The notes under the pieces were generated by a model that saw nothing but the letters and a program-made list of their open reading frames with translations, was not told the origin of the DNA and did no database searches. A DNA stretch of 64,000 nucleotides from a virus. Lineage: Duplodnaviria; Caudoviricetes. The position numbers and the translations under genes are program-made. The stretch covers positions 1 through 64,000 of IMG/VR virus record IMGVR_UViG_3300027874_000011; one strand, given 5' to 3'. Of this stretch, positions 20,680 to 30,148 are shown one piece after another. Position 1 is the first letter of the stretch. Every line of letters starts with the position of its first letter.

Positions 20680-21422
20680 CGCAGCCTCCCGATCCCAACG
20701 GCACGCTGATGAAGTCGTGGCTCCCGCCTATCTGGTACGACGCGGCCTACTCCGTGGACGCCGTGCTCCAATCCGAGGGCCAGGGCCTCAGCACGTTTCA
20801 GCAGGACACCTCGGACGTGGCGGCGGCGCGCATGCCGCAGACGGCTCCCGACTGGGGCATCGAGCGCTTCGAGATGGAGCTTGGCCTGCCGGTCAACCCG
20901 CCTGGGCTGACGCTCGAAGACCGCCGCGCAATTGTCCTGGCGAAGTTCCGTGGTATCGGCACGACCATCTACCGTCTGAAACAGATCGCCGCGACGTTCG
21001 GCTACGGCAACATCGCCATCCTGCCGGGCGTCGAGGACTGGACGCTGTACATCCAGTTTCTGGATGTCATCGGCGTGCCTGCGGCACTGGATGCGCACGA
21101 GGCGGCGATCCGCGAGAACGTCGAGGCGCATCTGGACATCGAGTGGAGCTTCCACTTCACGCTGTGGAACGAAGTCCGTAACACGGGCGTGCTGTGGTGC
21201 CAGCTATACACCAATGGCAATACCTGGGACTCGCTCAAGACGACGCCGTTTCAGAACATGCCGACGACGATTGAGTGTCAGGGCCTGCCGCCAGGCACGG
21301 TCAAGGTCGAGGTGCTGGACGAGACGGGCCTCGGCAACCTGGCGATCCAGTACCAGCCCGCGACCATCACGGGTAACGTCCAGCCCGGCTCGACCGATCC
21401 GTTGGGCTTCCCGCTGACATGA
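20676..21422 (+). CDS. Baseplate protein XkdU / DUF2313 (YmfQ-like)
   Basis: QTAPDWGIERFEMELGLP...LTLEDRRAIVLAK...EAHL motif. Confidence 0.8.
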   Translation: MTQPPDPNGTLMKSWLPPIWYDAAYSVDAVLQSEGQGLSTFQQDTSDVAAARMPQTAPDWGIERFEMELGLPVNPPGLTLEDRRAIVLAKFRGIGTTIYRLKQIAATFGYGNIAILPGVEDWTLYIQFLDVIGVPAALDAHEAAIRENVEAHLDIEWSFHFTLWNEVRNTGVLWCQLYTNGNTWDSLKTTPFQNMPTTIECQGLPPGTVKVEVLDETGLGNLAIQYQPATITGNVQPGSTDPLGFPLT

Positions 21423-22927
21423 CGCAGCCCGAGCAGCAGGCCGTCCAACTCATCGCGCCGAGCGGTACGCCGGTCACAGGCACGGCCGCGTCGGGTGCGA
21501 TCTTCAACATCACCGCGCCGACCGCAGCCAACGCCGGTGACTACCTCGTGCTGGTGATCGCCAACGCGGGCACCACCGGTCCTACGGCTGGCTACGGGTG
21601 GGTGCTGTGTCCAGGCGCGCCCTTCTCGGCGGGCAACGGCCAGAGTGTGACGGCTTACTACGCCGTGTACGACCCGGTGAACACCTCGCTGCAGTTCTCC
21701 AACGCGAACTCGGCGGCGGCGTGGGTGTGCGCCTCGTATGGCTCGGGTGGCAACACGGTCATCCTCGACGGCAACCCGGTCGCGGCCTACAACACCACCA
21801 ACAACTCGACGCTGCCAACCGGGGCGATGACCACGGGCAATGCGGGCGGCGACTACGAGTTGCTGATGTACGGCTGGACCTCGGCGGCGACGATCACGGG
21901 GGTCGCCGCAGGCTCGGCCATCGACGCCTCGATTGCCAACGGTTCGGCCGTCTCGGTGGCGCTCGGCCACAACACCACCACCGCGCTCGGCTCGAACGTG
22001 GCAACCGTGGCGTTTTCTCAAACGCTGAGCGGCAACAACAACCGCAAGGCGGGTGTCGCGCTGCTGATGGGGATCTTCATCCCCGCGCCCATAACGCCCA
22101 CTCCCACGGGCGGGCAGGCGAGCTTCAGCATCCCGATCCTGCTGACCGCCGTGCCGCTGCCATCGGTGGCGATCACCTCGCAGTCGGGTTCGGGCGGCTT
22201 CCCGAGCCTGTTCCAGTCGATCTACTTCGTCACGGGCGCGGTCGTGACAGCCTCGGGCACCACGGCGGCGATCACGGGCCTGCGCCTGACGCCAGGGCCG
22301 ATCACGACCCAGGCCCAGGTGGACGAGATCCCTGGCCTGAGCATGACCGTCGTCGGCTCCATCGCGACCCAGGCCAGCATCCCGCAGCCCACGCTGCGCG
22401 TCGGTCCGGCGATCTACGGCCAGACGGTCACCCAGGCCAGCACGGTCGCGCTCCAGGCGCTGAACTTCGGACCGCTGTCGCTGGCAGGTACCACGGCAGC
22501 GCGCGGCGCGACGTTCTGCCAGTCGCTGGTCCTGACCAAAGTCCCGTTGCAGGGCAACGTCGGCGGGCAGGCGTCCTCGACGGGCGTCACGGGTCAGGCC
22601 AACGCCGCTGTCATCGACCTGGGCGTGTGGCCGGCCGGTCAGTATGAACTCAAGACGATCTGCCGCACCGACGTGGGCAGCGCGGCGCAGGCGCTGGTCG
22701 TCGCAGTGACGAGCGCGGGCACCACGCTGGTGACCTCGCAGATGTACGCCACCGGCGATACGGCCTCGGCCAGCTACCCCACGGCCTACGCCAACTACGC
22801 GGCCGTGTGCGGCTTCAACCTGCAAGCACCGAGCGATGTGATGGTCACGTGGAGCAACCCCGGCTCCTACCACAACTCGGGCAAGCACCTGTGGATCAAA
22901 GGCATCCAACTCCATCGAACTTCTTAG
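21419..22927 (+). CDS. Minor tail / fibre-associated protein
   Basis: 502 aa, Thr/Ala/Ser-rich beta protein after XkdU; ATGA overlap. Confidence 0.6.
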   Translation: MTQPEQQAVQLIAPSGTPVTGTAASGAIFNITAPTAANAGDYLVLVIANAGTTGPTAGYGWVLCPGAPFSAGNGQSVTAYYAVYDPVNTSLQFSNANSAAAWVCASYGSGGNTVILDGNPVAAYNTTNNSTLPTGAMTTGNAGGDYELLMYGWTSAATITGVAAGSAIDASIANGSAVSVALGHNTTTALGSNVATVAFSQTLSGNNNRKAGVALLMGIFIPAPITPTPTGGQASFSIPILLTAVPLPSVAITSQSGSGGFPSLFQSIYFVTGAVVTASGTTAAITGLRLTPGPITTQAQVDEIPGLSMTVVGSIATQASIPQPTLRVGPAIYGQTVTQASTVALQALNFGPLSLAGTTAARGATFCQSLVLTKVPLQGNVGGQASSTGVTGQANAAVIDLGVWPAGQYELKTICRTDVGSAAQALVVAVTSAGTTLVTSQMYATGDTASASYPTAYANYAAVCGFNLQAPSDVMVTWSNPGSYHNSGKHLWIKGIQLHRTS

Positions 22928-22940
22928 GAGAGCACCGCCC

Positions 22941-25097
22941 ATGACCATGACGCAGCAATCCACCGTCACCCGCTTCAGCCTCAGCCAGATCGCGGGCAAC
23001 CAGATCGTGGACTGGGCGGTGGTGGAGGGCAACTTCGAGAACCTGGGCAACAACGCGGCGCACCTGACCCTGGGCAACTCGTTCGGTGGCGCACAGAGCT
23101 TCCTGGGCAACGTCGGCATGACGGCCCTGGGTGCGGGCGCGGTGCAGACGCACCGTCGCTTCACCATTCCCGCCCCACCCGCCAACGAGACGGATCGCCT
23201 GCACTTCCAGGCCGAGAGCGCCACGCTCAACGGCACGTTCGTGGGCCTCGCTGGTCCAGCCGCAGCAGGCGCGGGCCAGCGCAAGAGCACACTGGTAGTC
23301 CACGGCGTCGAGCCGACTGGTACGGCCACGCCAGCCGGCTTGACGCTGCTCCTCGATGAAGATCTGCACCGTGCCTCGATCCAGGCAGCGGGCAACTTTC
23401 AGGATCTGACCGCACCGATCCTGCAGCTTGGCGCAGGGGGCACCGACCGCATCACGCTGCCGGGCACTGGCCCGATCAACGTGACGGGCACGATGACGCT
23501 CACTGGCGACATCAACGCGGCCAACGCCAACTTCACGGGCACGCTCGGGGTCAACGGCGCGGCTGCGCTGCGCAGCACGGCGACCATCACCGGCCTCGCC
23601 ACGTTCCAGGGCGGTATGCAAGTCACAGGCTCCGCGACGTTTACGGGCAACCTGACCGCCGCCAACATCTCGGGTGCCAACACGACCTTCACCGGCAACC
23701 TGACGGTGACGGGCACGACCAACCTGCAGACCGGGCTGACAGTGACGGGTGGCACGACCTCACTCTCCACTCTGACGGTCACAGGAGCCTCGAACTTCTC
23801 GGGCGCACTCCAGTTCGCGGCAGGCGCGGCGTACATCCAGAGCTACGGCGCGGATACGTCCTACGTCCAGATCAGCAAGCTCTACGTCACGCCTGGGCTG
23901 GCGACGTTCGCGGGTGGCCTGAACATCGTTGGTACCGCGACGATCTCCGGTTCAGCGACCTTCACCGGGATGCTGAACGCCAACGGTGGCATCACGGGGC
24001 CGTACAGCATCAACGCTTTCAACCTCCGCGATCCAGGCGGCACGCCTCGGTCGGTCATGTGGATGGATGGTGGCAGCAACACCGTTATTCAGGCCGGTCC
24101 CGGCGAGTCGGTCAGGTGGGTCAACTCGGCCAACTCGGTCCAGCGCATGAGCCTCGACAGCGGTGGCAACCTCAGCGTCCAGGGCACGATCTACGCGGGC
24201 AGCACGATCACGGCGGGTGGCTCCGTGTCAGCAAGCTCCCAGGTGTACACCACGCCGGGTGGCTCGCTGTATCTCAGGGGCGCGGATGGTGGCGTCCATA
24301 TTGACACGGGCAACGCCAGCCTGTGGCTCGGCGGCAGTCTGTACGCGGCGGGTCGCGCCTACTTCGGCAACTGGGATCCGGGCTGGACGCTCAACGTCGG
24401 CGGCACCTTCATCACCAGCCAGCGCGCGGCCATCGGCGGGTGGGACGGAGGCCAGATGTGCAACATCAACGGCAACTGCTTTGTCAACGGCTATGTCTAC
24501 GACCGAGGCAGCACGGCCTACCGGTGTTGGGACAACGGCGACTTCAACTACTCGCCAGGGGTCTACGGCAGCTACGTCGTGCAGCGCGACGGCAACGGGT
24601 ACATCAATGCCAACTACATCAATACGACGGCCGACGTGCAAGGCGGACGCCCGGCGTACGTAGCTGGACAGAACGGGGACAACTTCCTCCGCTGGTGGCC
24701 TGCTTCTGCTGTTGGACCCCCGGCTAGCGTCGATCTCCAGGGCGGTGGCGTCGGCGGCGGAATCAACGGTGGCGGTGGGCGGCAGGCGATTGCGAATGTC
24801 ACTGCCGACCGCACAGGCCAGTGGTTCTGCTGTATGTGGGTCGAGATCAACACTCAGAACGAGAACTACGCCTATCAGGTGTACCTTGAGATCTCGGTCG
24901 GCGGCTCCACCTACGTGCACCAGCAGTGCCAGCAGAACGCGCACGAAACCAAGACGGGCGGCGGTGCCGTCTGTCAGATGGGCGTCAACGCCGGTAACGC
25001 CGTCAGCTTCTACTGCTGGAAGGACGGCTACAGCGCCAGCATCCGGGGCGGACAGGTGTACATCTGCTTCGTCCCGACCTCGGCACAACCAGGCTAG
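22941..25097 (+). CDS. Long tail fibre protein
   Basis: AGGAG RBS. N-terminal ENLG anchor-like region, (T/S)GNLTVTG-type beta repeats, Gly-rich C-terminus. Confidence 0.7.
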   Translation: MTMTQQSTVTRFSLSQIAGNQIVDWAVVEGNFENLGNNAAHLTLGNSFGGAQSFLGNVGMTALGAGAVQTHRRFTIPAPPANETDRLHFQAESATLNGTFVGLAGPAAAGAGQRKSTLVVHGVEPTGTATPAGLTLLLDEDLHRASIQAAGNFQDLTAPILQLGAGGTDRITLPGTGPINVTGTMTLTGDINAANANFTGTLGVNGAAALRSTATITGLATFQGGMQVTGSATFTGNLTAANISGANTTFTGNLTVTGTTNLQTGLTVTGGTTSLSTLTVTGASNFSGALQFAAGAAYIQSYGADTSYVQISKLYVTPGLATFAGGLNIVGTATISGSATFTGMLNANGGITGPYSINAFNLRDPGGTPRSVMWMDGGSNTVIQAGPGESVRWVNSANSVQRMSLDSGGNLSVQGTIYAGSTITAGGSVSASSQVYTTPGGSLYLRGADGGVHIDTGNASLWLGGSLYAAGRAYFGNWDPGWTLNVGGTFITSQRAAIGGWDGGQMCNINGNCFVNGYVYDRGSTAYRCWDNGDFNYSPGVYGSYVVQRDGNGYINANYINTTADVQGGRPAYVAGQNGDNFLRWWPASAVGPPASVDLQGGGVGGGINGGGGRQAIANVTADRTGQWFCCMWVEINTQNENYAYQVYLEISVGGSTYVHQQCQQNAHETKTGGGAVCQMGVNAGNAVSFYCWKDGYSASIRGGQVYICFVPTSAQPG

Positions 25098-25108
25098 AAG
25101 GAGGGCCT

Positions 25109-25489
25109 ATGCAGGACATCACTAGCAACGGGCACCAGCCATCGGGCTTCACGGTGACCATCTCGCAGTCCGACGTACGCCGCTTGGCGAAGCTCCAGGC
25201 GCGCGCCGAGGGCGCGGTTCAGGTGGCGCAGGGGGCGGTCAATCTCGCTCAGGGCTTGCAGCAGGCGCTCGCGGTCGCCATCCAAGAGGCGTGCTCCGAC
25301 GAGGGCTACAACATCCCTCCAGACAGCAACGCCGACATCAACTGGAAGACCGGCGAGATCACCATCACCCCGCCCGCGCCAGGTCGCGGCGAGCAGCCAC
25401 ACATCATCGGGGCCAACATCGGCCCAGGGGTTATCCCCGGGACGCTTGGTCCGGCTCCGCTCGATCCTCTGCCAACACCGACGAACTGA
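25109..25489 (+). CDS. Hypothetical protein, last gene of the structural operon
   Basis: AAGGAGG RBS. Helical middle, Pro-rich tail. Overlaps the convergent minus-strand gene. Confidence 0.55.
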   Translation: MQDITSNGHQPSGFTVTISQSDVRRLAKLQARAEGAVQVAQGAVNLAQGLQQALAVAIQEACSDEGYNIPPDSNADINWKTGEITITPPAPGRGEQPHIIGANIGPGVIPGTLGPAPLDPLPTPTN

Positions 25490-26096
25490 GCGAGTACAGC
25501 CCGCGCAGGGCGAGCAGTGCTTCTTGCGCTATCGCCTTGCGCTGCCCGGCGTCTCGGGTATCCGAACGCCAGTTGGTGTGCTGCAGGTAGCGGCGGTCGT
25601 TGGGCTTGATGGTGTAGACGATCAGCCCCTGGCCGGGTGCCGCCCAGGTGATCTGCGTCTGGCCCTTGAGCCACTTGGCACGGTACGGCGAGTGCGACAC
25701 ATCGCCCAGGAACGGCTCCAGTATGACGATGCCGTGCTGCGGCCGAGACGCCTGGTCGATGCTGAGATCCCACAGATAGTTGCCGTCCACGAGCAGCGCG
25801 ACGTGCAGCCCGTTGACGGATGGGTGACCCTCGAACTTCGGGTCGGGCACGCCCAGGCCAATCGCGTGCGCGCCGCTTTCGATGAACCAGCGCTCTGTCT
25901 CGGCACGGTTCCTGGGGACGTGGCCCTCGCGCTCGGCGCGCTCGATCCACTGCTGGTTGGCGAGCATGGCCTTGACCGAGACGACCTCGGAGGGGATGTC
26001 CAGGCCGTCGAGGACTAGCTTGCCGATGGAGCACGAGGCGACACAAGAATCGGGGTTGTAGTGGCGCAGGATGGCCCGTCGCAGCGGCCGACCCAT
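25431..26096 (-). CDS. Hypothetical protein, possible Cys-His-Asp (transglutaminase/papain-like) fold
   Basis: SCVASC...GLHVALLVDGNYLWDLSIDQ spacing. Start uncertain (ATG 26096 or an upstream GTG). Confidence 0.5.
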   Translation of the reverse strand: MGRPLRRAILRHYNPDSCVASCSIGKLVLDGLDIPSEVVSVKAMLANQQWIERAEREGHVPRNRAETERWFIESGAHAIGLGVPDPKFEGHPSVNGLHVALLVDGNYLWDLSIDQASRPQHGIVILEPFLGDVSHSPYRAKWLKGQTQITWAAPGQGLIVYTIKPNDRRYLQHTNWRSDTRDAGQRKAIAQEALLALRGLYSLSSSVLAEDRAEPDQASRG

Positions 26097-26124
26097 CAGC
26101 TTGAGGATCTGACTCCTGTCCTGG

Positions 26125-26823
26125 CTAGAACTTGGCACGTCGCTGCATCGTCTCCTGCCAGGTGCGCGAGGTACCGCCCGCGCCGCCGAGCAGCATCTCA
26201 CCGAAGACCTTGCGCAGGATGCGGTGGCGGTCGTCGGCGGTCAGTTCCAGGGTCAGCTTGCGCATCGCCTCCATGACCTCTGGCTCCAGGCCCATCTCGT
26301 TGGTCGTGCCGTCGATGAGATCCGTCTGGATCGTGCGCTCGATGGCCTCGATCACGAACAGCGGCCGAAAGCGCGTCTCGAAGCTGAGCATCGGGTCTTT
26401 GATCTCGGCCAGGTCGCGGATGCCGTTCGAGGCCGTCAGGATCTTCCACATGCGCACGACGCTCTCTCCCTCGGCGCTCTCGCCGTACAGGATCAGCGTC
26501 TCGTCGCGCTTGTCTTTCGGCAGATCGGACGGCTTCTTCTTGCCGCGCATGACGGCGAGGCGATCCGGGTCCGTCTCACCCGGGCGGGCGAAGACCGACC
26601 AGCCTTCGGTGACCAGCACAGCCGTCACCGGCTCGTTCATGTAGACCATCATCCGCGCGGCGCGCGCGATCTCGGTGCCAGGCCCGACCGACAGCAGCGC
26701 GACGATGCGCTCGTCGCTGGCCGTGGTCATGTACAGCTTCTGGCACTCGGACTCGTCATTGAGGGTCGTCTCGACGGAGAAGCGAGCGATCTCCTCCATC
26801 TCGTCGGTGAGTGACTGTGGCAT
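26125..26823 (-). CDS. Hypothetical protein
   Basis: 232 aa ORF, coding-like codon pattern, coupled to upstream gene. Confidence 0.65.
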   Translation of the reverse strand: MPQSLTDEMEEIARFSVETTLNDESECQKLYMTTASDERIVALLSVGPGTEIARAARMMVYMNEPVTAVLVTEGWSVFARPGETDPDRLAVMRGKKKPSDLPKDKRDETLILYGESAEGESVVRMWKILTASNGIRDLAEIKDPMLSFETRFRPLFVIEAIERTIQTDLIDGTTNEMGLEPEVMEAMRKLTLELTADDRHRILRKVFGEMLLGGAGGTSRTWQETMQRRAKF

Positions 26824-27402
26824 TTAGAAATCCAGCCTACGCGCCCGTCGAATGGGCGGCTGCGCCTCGGGGGTCTTGGGCTTCTCCGGCTCAGGCGCGG
26901 GGACCGGTCCCTTGCCACGGTTGGTTCGAGACGCGAGGTACTCGGTCAACTGTTCGACGCTCGGGGCGGGCGTCACGGCCTGCTCGATGGGATGGTCTAC
27001 GGGTGGTCGCTGCGTTTCACGGGGAACCTCGCGGACAACGGCCGTACGCGGGTCTGCCGGGGCGACCTCGCGGGTGCCGCCAGGCATCACCGACTGCGAG
27101 CCAGCGATGTTGCCCAGGCGCTGGATGGCGCGCGACAGAGAGTAGCGCGGGCTGGTCCAGTCCACGATGTCGTAGCCGTGGGCGCGCTTGTCGCGCAGCA
27201 TCTGGTCGAACTTCTGGTTGGCCCGGAAGCTCGAAGTCCGCTGCTGGTTGGCCTCACGGAGGGGGCCGAGTCGCGGCCCGTACAGAGCCACGAACTGGTA
27301 CTGGCCGTCGTCATGACGGAGGACCACGCCCGCCCACACCTTGTCAGCGTTGGCGTCCGGCGTGTAGTTGTGCATCCCGACGATGCGCGTGATGTTGGGC
27401 AC
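26824..27402 (-). CDS. WGR-like domain protein
   Basis: ADKVWAGV...FVALYGPRLG...ANQKFDQMLRDKRAHGY resembles the WGR nucleic-acid-binding pattern. AGGAG RBS. Confidence 0.55.
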   Translation of the reverse strand: MPNITRIVGMHNYTPDANADKVWAGVVLRHDDGQYQFVALYGPRLGPLREANQQRTSSFRANQKFDQMLRDKRAHGYDIVDWTSPRYSLSRAIQRLGNIAGSQSVMPGGTREVAPADPRTAVVREVPRETQRPPVDHPIEQAVTPAPSVEQLTEYLASRTNRGKGPVPAPEPEKPKTPEAQPPIRRARRLDF

Positions 27403-27429
27403 GGTGCTCCTCTCTAATCTCTGGTCCAG

Positions 27430-27627
27430 TCAGTCGGACTCGGTGGCGGTAACGTCGATGCGAAACCGTTTGCCGCCCAAGACAACCTCAAACGATGGTG
27501 GCTGCGGGATGGTCAGCGCAGAAATGGATGTGGGGTCTGGAAGAATGTTGTCGCCGTTGAGCAGATATGAACGCAGACCAATCGCGACATCTACGTCAGT
27601 CAGTGGGGTGGTGGGGGAGGTAGTCAT
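27430..27627 (-). CDS. Small hypothetical protein
   Basis: 65 aa with AAGGA RBS; lower GC than neighbours. Confidence 0.5.
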   Translation of the reverse strand: MTTSPTTPLTDVDVAIGLRSYLLNGDNILPDPTSISALTIPQPPSFEVVLGGKRFRIDVTATESD

Positions 27628-27651
27628 TCGATAAGTTCCTTTCGTGAAAGC

Positions 27652-27942
27652 TCAGTACCAGTCGCGTGAGCCTGGGTAGATCCCGCTCTCCATCATCTGG
27701 ACGCGGCGGTCAGCTTCCCTCTCGCGGTAGTCTTCCTCGTCCTGGCGCGTGACAACCCGTTTGCCGGAGCACTCGGGGCACGTCACGTCGTAGTCGCCGG
27801 CCATCATCGACTCGAAGCCGTCAGGGTCGTTGTCGCGGTCTTCGGCCGTCCAGACGCTGACGTACGGGTTGACGATGGAGCCATGCCCCTGGCACTTTGG
27901 GCAGACCCGATACTTCGGGCGACCCCGTTCTCGTTCTGACAT
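27652..27942 (-). CDS. DnaJ-type zinc-finger small protein
   Basis: CPKCQGHG and CPECSGKR motifs. Start set at ATG 27942 because the upstream ATG overlaps the -10 box. Confidence 0.65.
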   Translation of the reverse strand: MSERERGRPKYRVCPKCQGHGSIVNPYVSVWTAEDRDNDPDGFESMMAGDYDVTCPECSGKRVVTRQDEEDYREREADRRVQMMESGIYPGSRDWY

Positions 27943-27970
27943 GGGTGGTGGTGTCTCTCCTTCCGTGGAC

Positions 27971-28000
27971 ATTGTAACCGATTCTCGCACGTGAGCGCAC
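27971..28000 (-). promoter_or_regulatory. Promoter type P (GTGCGC-N4-GTGCGA-N8-TACAAT)
   Basis: Minus-strand sequence; spacing identical to six other sites. Confidence 0.65.
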
Positions 28001-28002
28001 AT

Positions 28003-28224
28003 TTACGTGAGGGCGACGATGCCCTCCTCGCGTAGCTGTTCGCGCAGTGCCAGCCGCAGCGCCTCGTGGCGGCTGAGGCCGTGGCGTCTGGCGTACACGA
28101 CCAGGCCGGCCATCAACGCGGGGTCGAGCCGCACGCTGACGACGCTCGGGTGCGCTCCCTGGGACGGCTGGCGAGGGCCGTCCACGATTGTCTCAGGGCG
28201 CACGATCTTGATCGGGCGTGTCAT
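28003..28224 (-). CDS. Ribbon-helix-helix (CopG/Arc-like) DNA-binding protein
   Basis: VVSVRLDPALMAGLVVYARRHGLSRHEALRLALREQL. Confidence 0.75.
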   Translation of the reverse strand: MTRPIKIVRPETIVDGPRQPSQGAHPSVVSVRLDPALMAGLVVYARRHGLSRHEALRLALREQLREEGIVALT

Positions 28225-30086
28225 CAGATCACCGGTCCGTCTTCGCGTCGGGCAGTGCGGATACGGCCCGCTCCTGGCGTCTCAGCCCGGTCCTGGCCGT
28301 CGCGCTGTTGCTGCCGCCGCCGCTGCTTCTCGCGCTCTGGCAGCAGCGACCAGATGTTGACCGAGCGTAGCGCGGCCTGCTCCTGGGCACGGATGGCGGG
28401 GTTGTCAGCCGGGATGATGTCTTCGATGGCGAAGCGCAGCGTCTCGATCAGATCGAGCGTCTCGTCTTCACTGCAGTCGCCGGTCGCCTGGGACACCGCG
28501 AACTCCAGATCCGAGCCGACCCAACCGTGGGTGGGCGCACCGAATTCGATCAGCGAGGCCACCGGCACGTCCGGGAACCCGTAGCGCGTCAGCAGCCGAC
28601 CCAGGATGTCTACCCGCTCCTCCTCCGTCTCGGGAGCCAGCAGCGCGGCCTTGATGTCGATGCGGCCCGTCCGCTTCATCGCCTCGGGTACCTGCTCAGG
28701 GTAGTTGCACGCCGCCATCAGGAAGATCCGACCCCGGTGCGACTCGTCACCGAGCCACTCCTGCAGCCGCTTCTGCATCGCCGCATCTACCGGGTGCTCG
28801 TCTTCGCCCTGTCCCGAGCCGAATGCTTTGTCGTACTCGTCAATGAACAGGAACGTTGGGGCGAACATCTCGGCACCCTCGATCAGCGTCTCCAGATTGC
28901 GCTCAGAGCTACCGACCCACTTCTCCTTCAAGACCTTGATCTCGATGGCGTTGACGCGCGTCTCTTTGGCGCACGCCACGGCAATGGCGCTCTTGCCCGT
29001 GCCTGGCGGTCCCGAGAGCAGCACGCCCATCGGTACACCCTTGGTGATGCCGCGCCGCATGCGCGAGATGACCTTGCGGTTCAGCACGTCTTTGAGACGG
29101 ACGTTGCCGCCGATGCCCTCGAAGCCGAACGATGGCTCCAGACGCTTGAGCACCGAGCCGTAGCGCACGTCGAGTAGCTCTTGCCCACGCTCCAGGGCCA
29201 GCCGCCGCGTGAGTGGCTGATCGCCCGCCCGCAGCGTAATGTCTTCGATGTCCCGCCGGTTCTGGCCCGCCGTGATCGCGGCGAACTCCTCAGCGGTGAA
29301 CGCCGGATCCCACCTGAGCCACGGCTTGAGGTCAATCAGGTCACGGATGAACTGCAGCCGCTCGGCCGTGTCTGGCAGCGGCACCCGAATTGGCCGCAGG
29401 CCCGACGCCTTGACGACATCCTCGTGGACCTCAGATGCCGACCGAGCCAGGAACACGATGGGGTTCTGCGCGAACTCCAGATCCGTGTCCGTCGAGGCTT
29501 CCTCGACCATCTCAAGGATCAGCCCGCGCTCCGGGGTGATCGCGTTCTTGTCAGCCGCCGGGATCATGATGTCGGCCCGCGCGATGATGACCGCCGCGCT
29601 ACCCGCACCACCTGGCACGACTGGCCCCGAGTGAGGGTCGTCGGGGTCGTTGTAGCGAGCCTTTTTCAGGAAGTCCAGGGCGAGGCGCAGCATCGCACTT
29701 GGCTCCGTGGGAAGCGGGAAATCGTCTGGATGCGCCTCAGACCACAGGTCGCCTTGCGTCAGCGCTGCGCGCTCGTCAGGGTCTGATGGTAGCTCGAAGC
29801 CCATCGTGGCCTCGAACAGACGCCGCATCCTGGGATTGGGGAAGGTGATCTTGTTGCCGTGGATGGTCAAGACCACATCGCGCCGGGGGTGCTCCTGCGT
29901 CCCCATGAACTGACCCTCGATCCATTCTTGGACCGGCCAGCCCGGGAACACGAAGTCGAAGATGTTCCCCGTCACGAGGAACATGTGCGACTCGCCCCTG
30001 GCGAAACGCTGCCGCAGGGTATCGAACCACTGTGGCGCGAGCCGCTCTGCGTCCAGAGCGTTGATAACGGTTTCGATGGCGGACAC
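28224..30086 (-). CDS. AAA+ ATPase (Ycf46/CDC48-like clade)
   Basis: Walker A GPPGTGKS, Walker B LFIDEYDK, SRH AACNYPEQVPEAMKRTGRID. N-terminal degenerate AAA-like region. GGAGG RBS. Confidence 0.92.
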   Translation of the reverse strand: MSAIETVINALDAERLAPQWFDTLRQRFARGESHMFLVTGNIFDFVFPGWPVQEWIEGQFMGTQEHPRRDVVLTIHGNKITFPNPRMRRLFEATMGFELPSDPDERAALTQGDLWSEAHPDDFPLPTEPSAMLRLALDFLKKARYNDPDDPHSGPVVPGGAGSAAVIIARADIMIPAADKNAITPERGLILEMVEEASTDTDLEFAQNPIVFLARSASEVHEDVVKASGLRPIRVPLPDTAERLQFIRDLIDLKPWLRWDPAFTAEEFAAITAGQNRRDIEDITLRAGDQPLTRRLALERGQELLDVRYGSVLKRLEPSFGFEGIGGNVRLKDVLNRKVISRMRRGITKGVPMGVLLSGPPGTGKSAIAVACAKETRVNAIEIKVLKEKWVGSSERNLETLIEGAEMFAPTFLFIDEYDKAFGSGQGEDEHPVDAAMQKRLQEWLGDESHRGRIFLMAACNYPEQVPEAMKRTGRIDIKAALLAPETEEERVDILGRLLTRYGFPDVPVASLIEFGAPTHGWVGSDLEFAVSQATGDCSEDETLDLIETLRFAIEDIIPADNPAIRAQEQAALRSVNIWSLLPEREKQRRRQQQRDGQDRAETPGAGRIRTARREDGPVI

Positions 30087-30115
30087 TCAAACCCTCCTTT
30101 GGTTTGTACAAGAGC

Positions 30116-30145
30116 ATTCTAACGTGTAATCGCACAAGTGCGCAA
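30116..30145 (-). promoter_or_regulatory. Promoter type P (TTGCGC-N4-GTGCGA-N8-TAGAAT)
   Basis: Upstream of the AAA+ ATPase start; sigma70-like -35/-10 with 18-nt spacer. Confidence 0.75.
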
Positions 30146-30148
30146 CAT

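Noticed and set aside
21278-23395. Long antisense ORFs in the track (e.g. 21278-23395 -, 30658-32904 +, 7386-8894 -, 56449-57588 +)
   Set aside because: Shadow frames expected in high-GC coding DNA: Arg/Ala/Pro-rich, no RBS, and fully overlapping genes with recognisable motifs.
30063-30076. Additional palindrome copy (GATAACGGTTTCGA)
   Set aside because: Only the left half-site matches, and it lies in AAA+ ATPase coding sequence.
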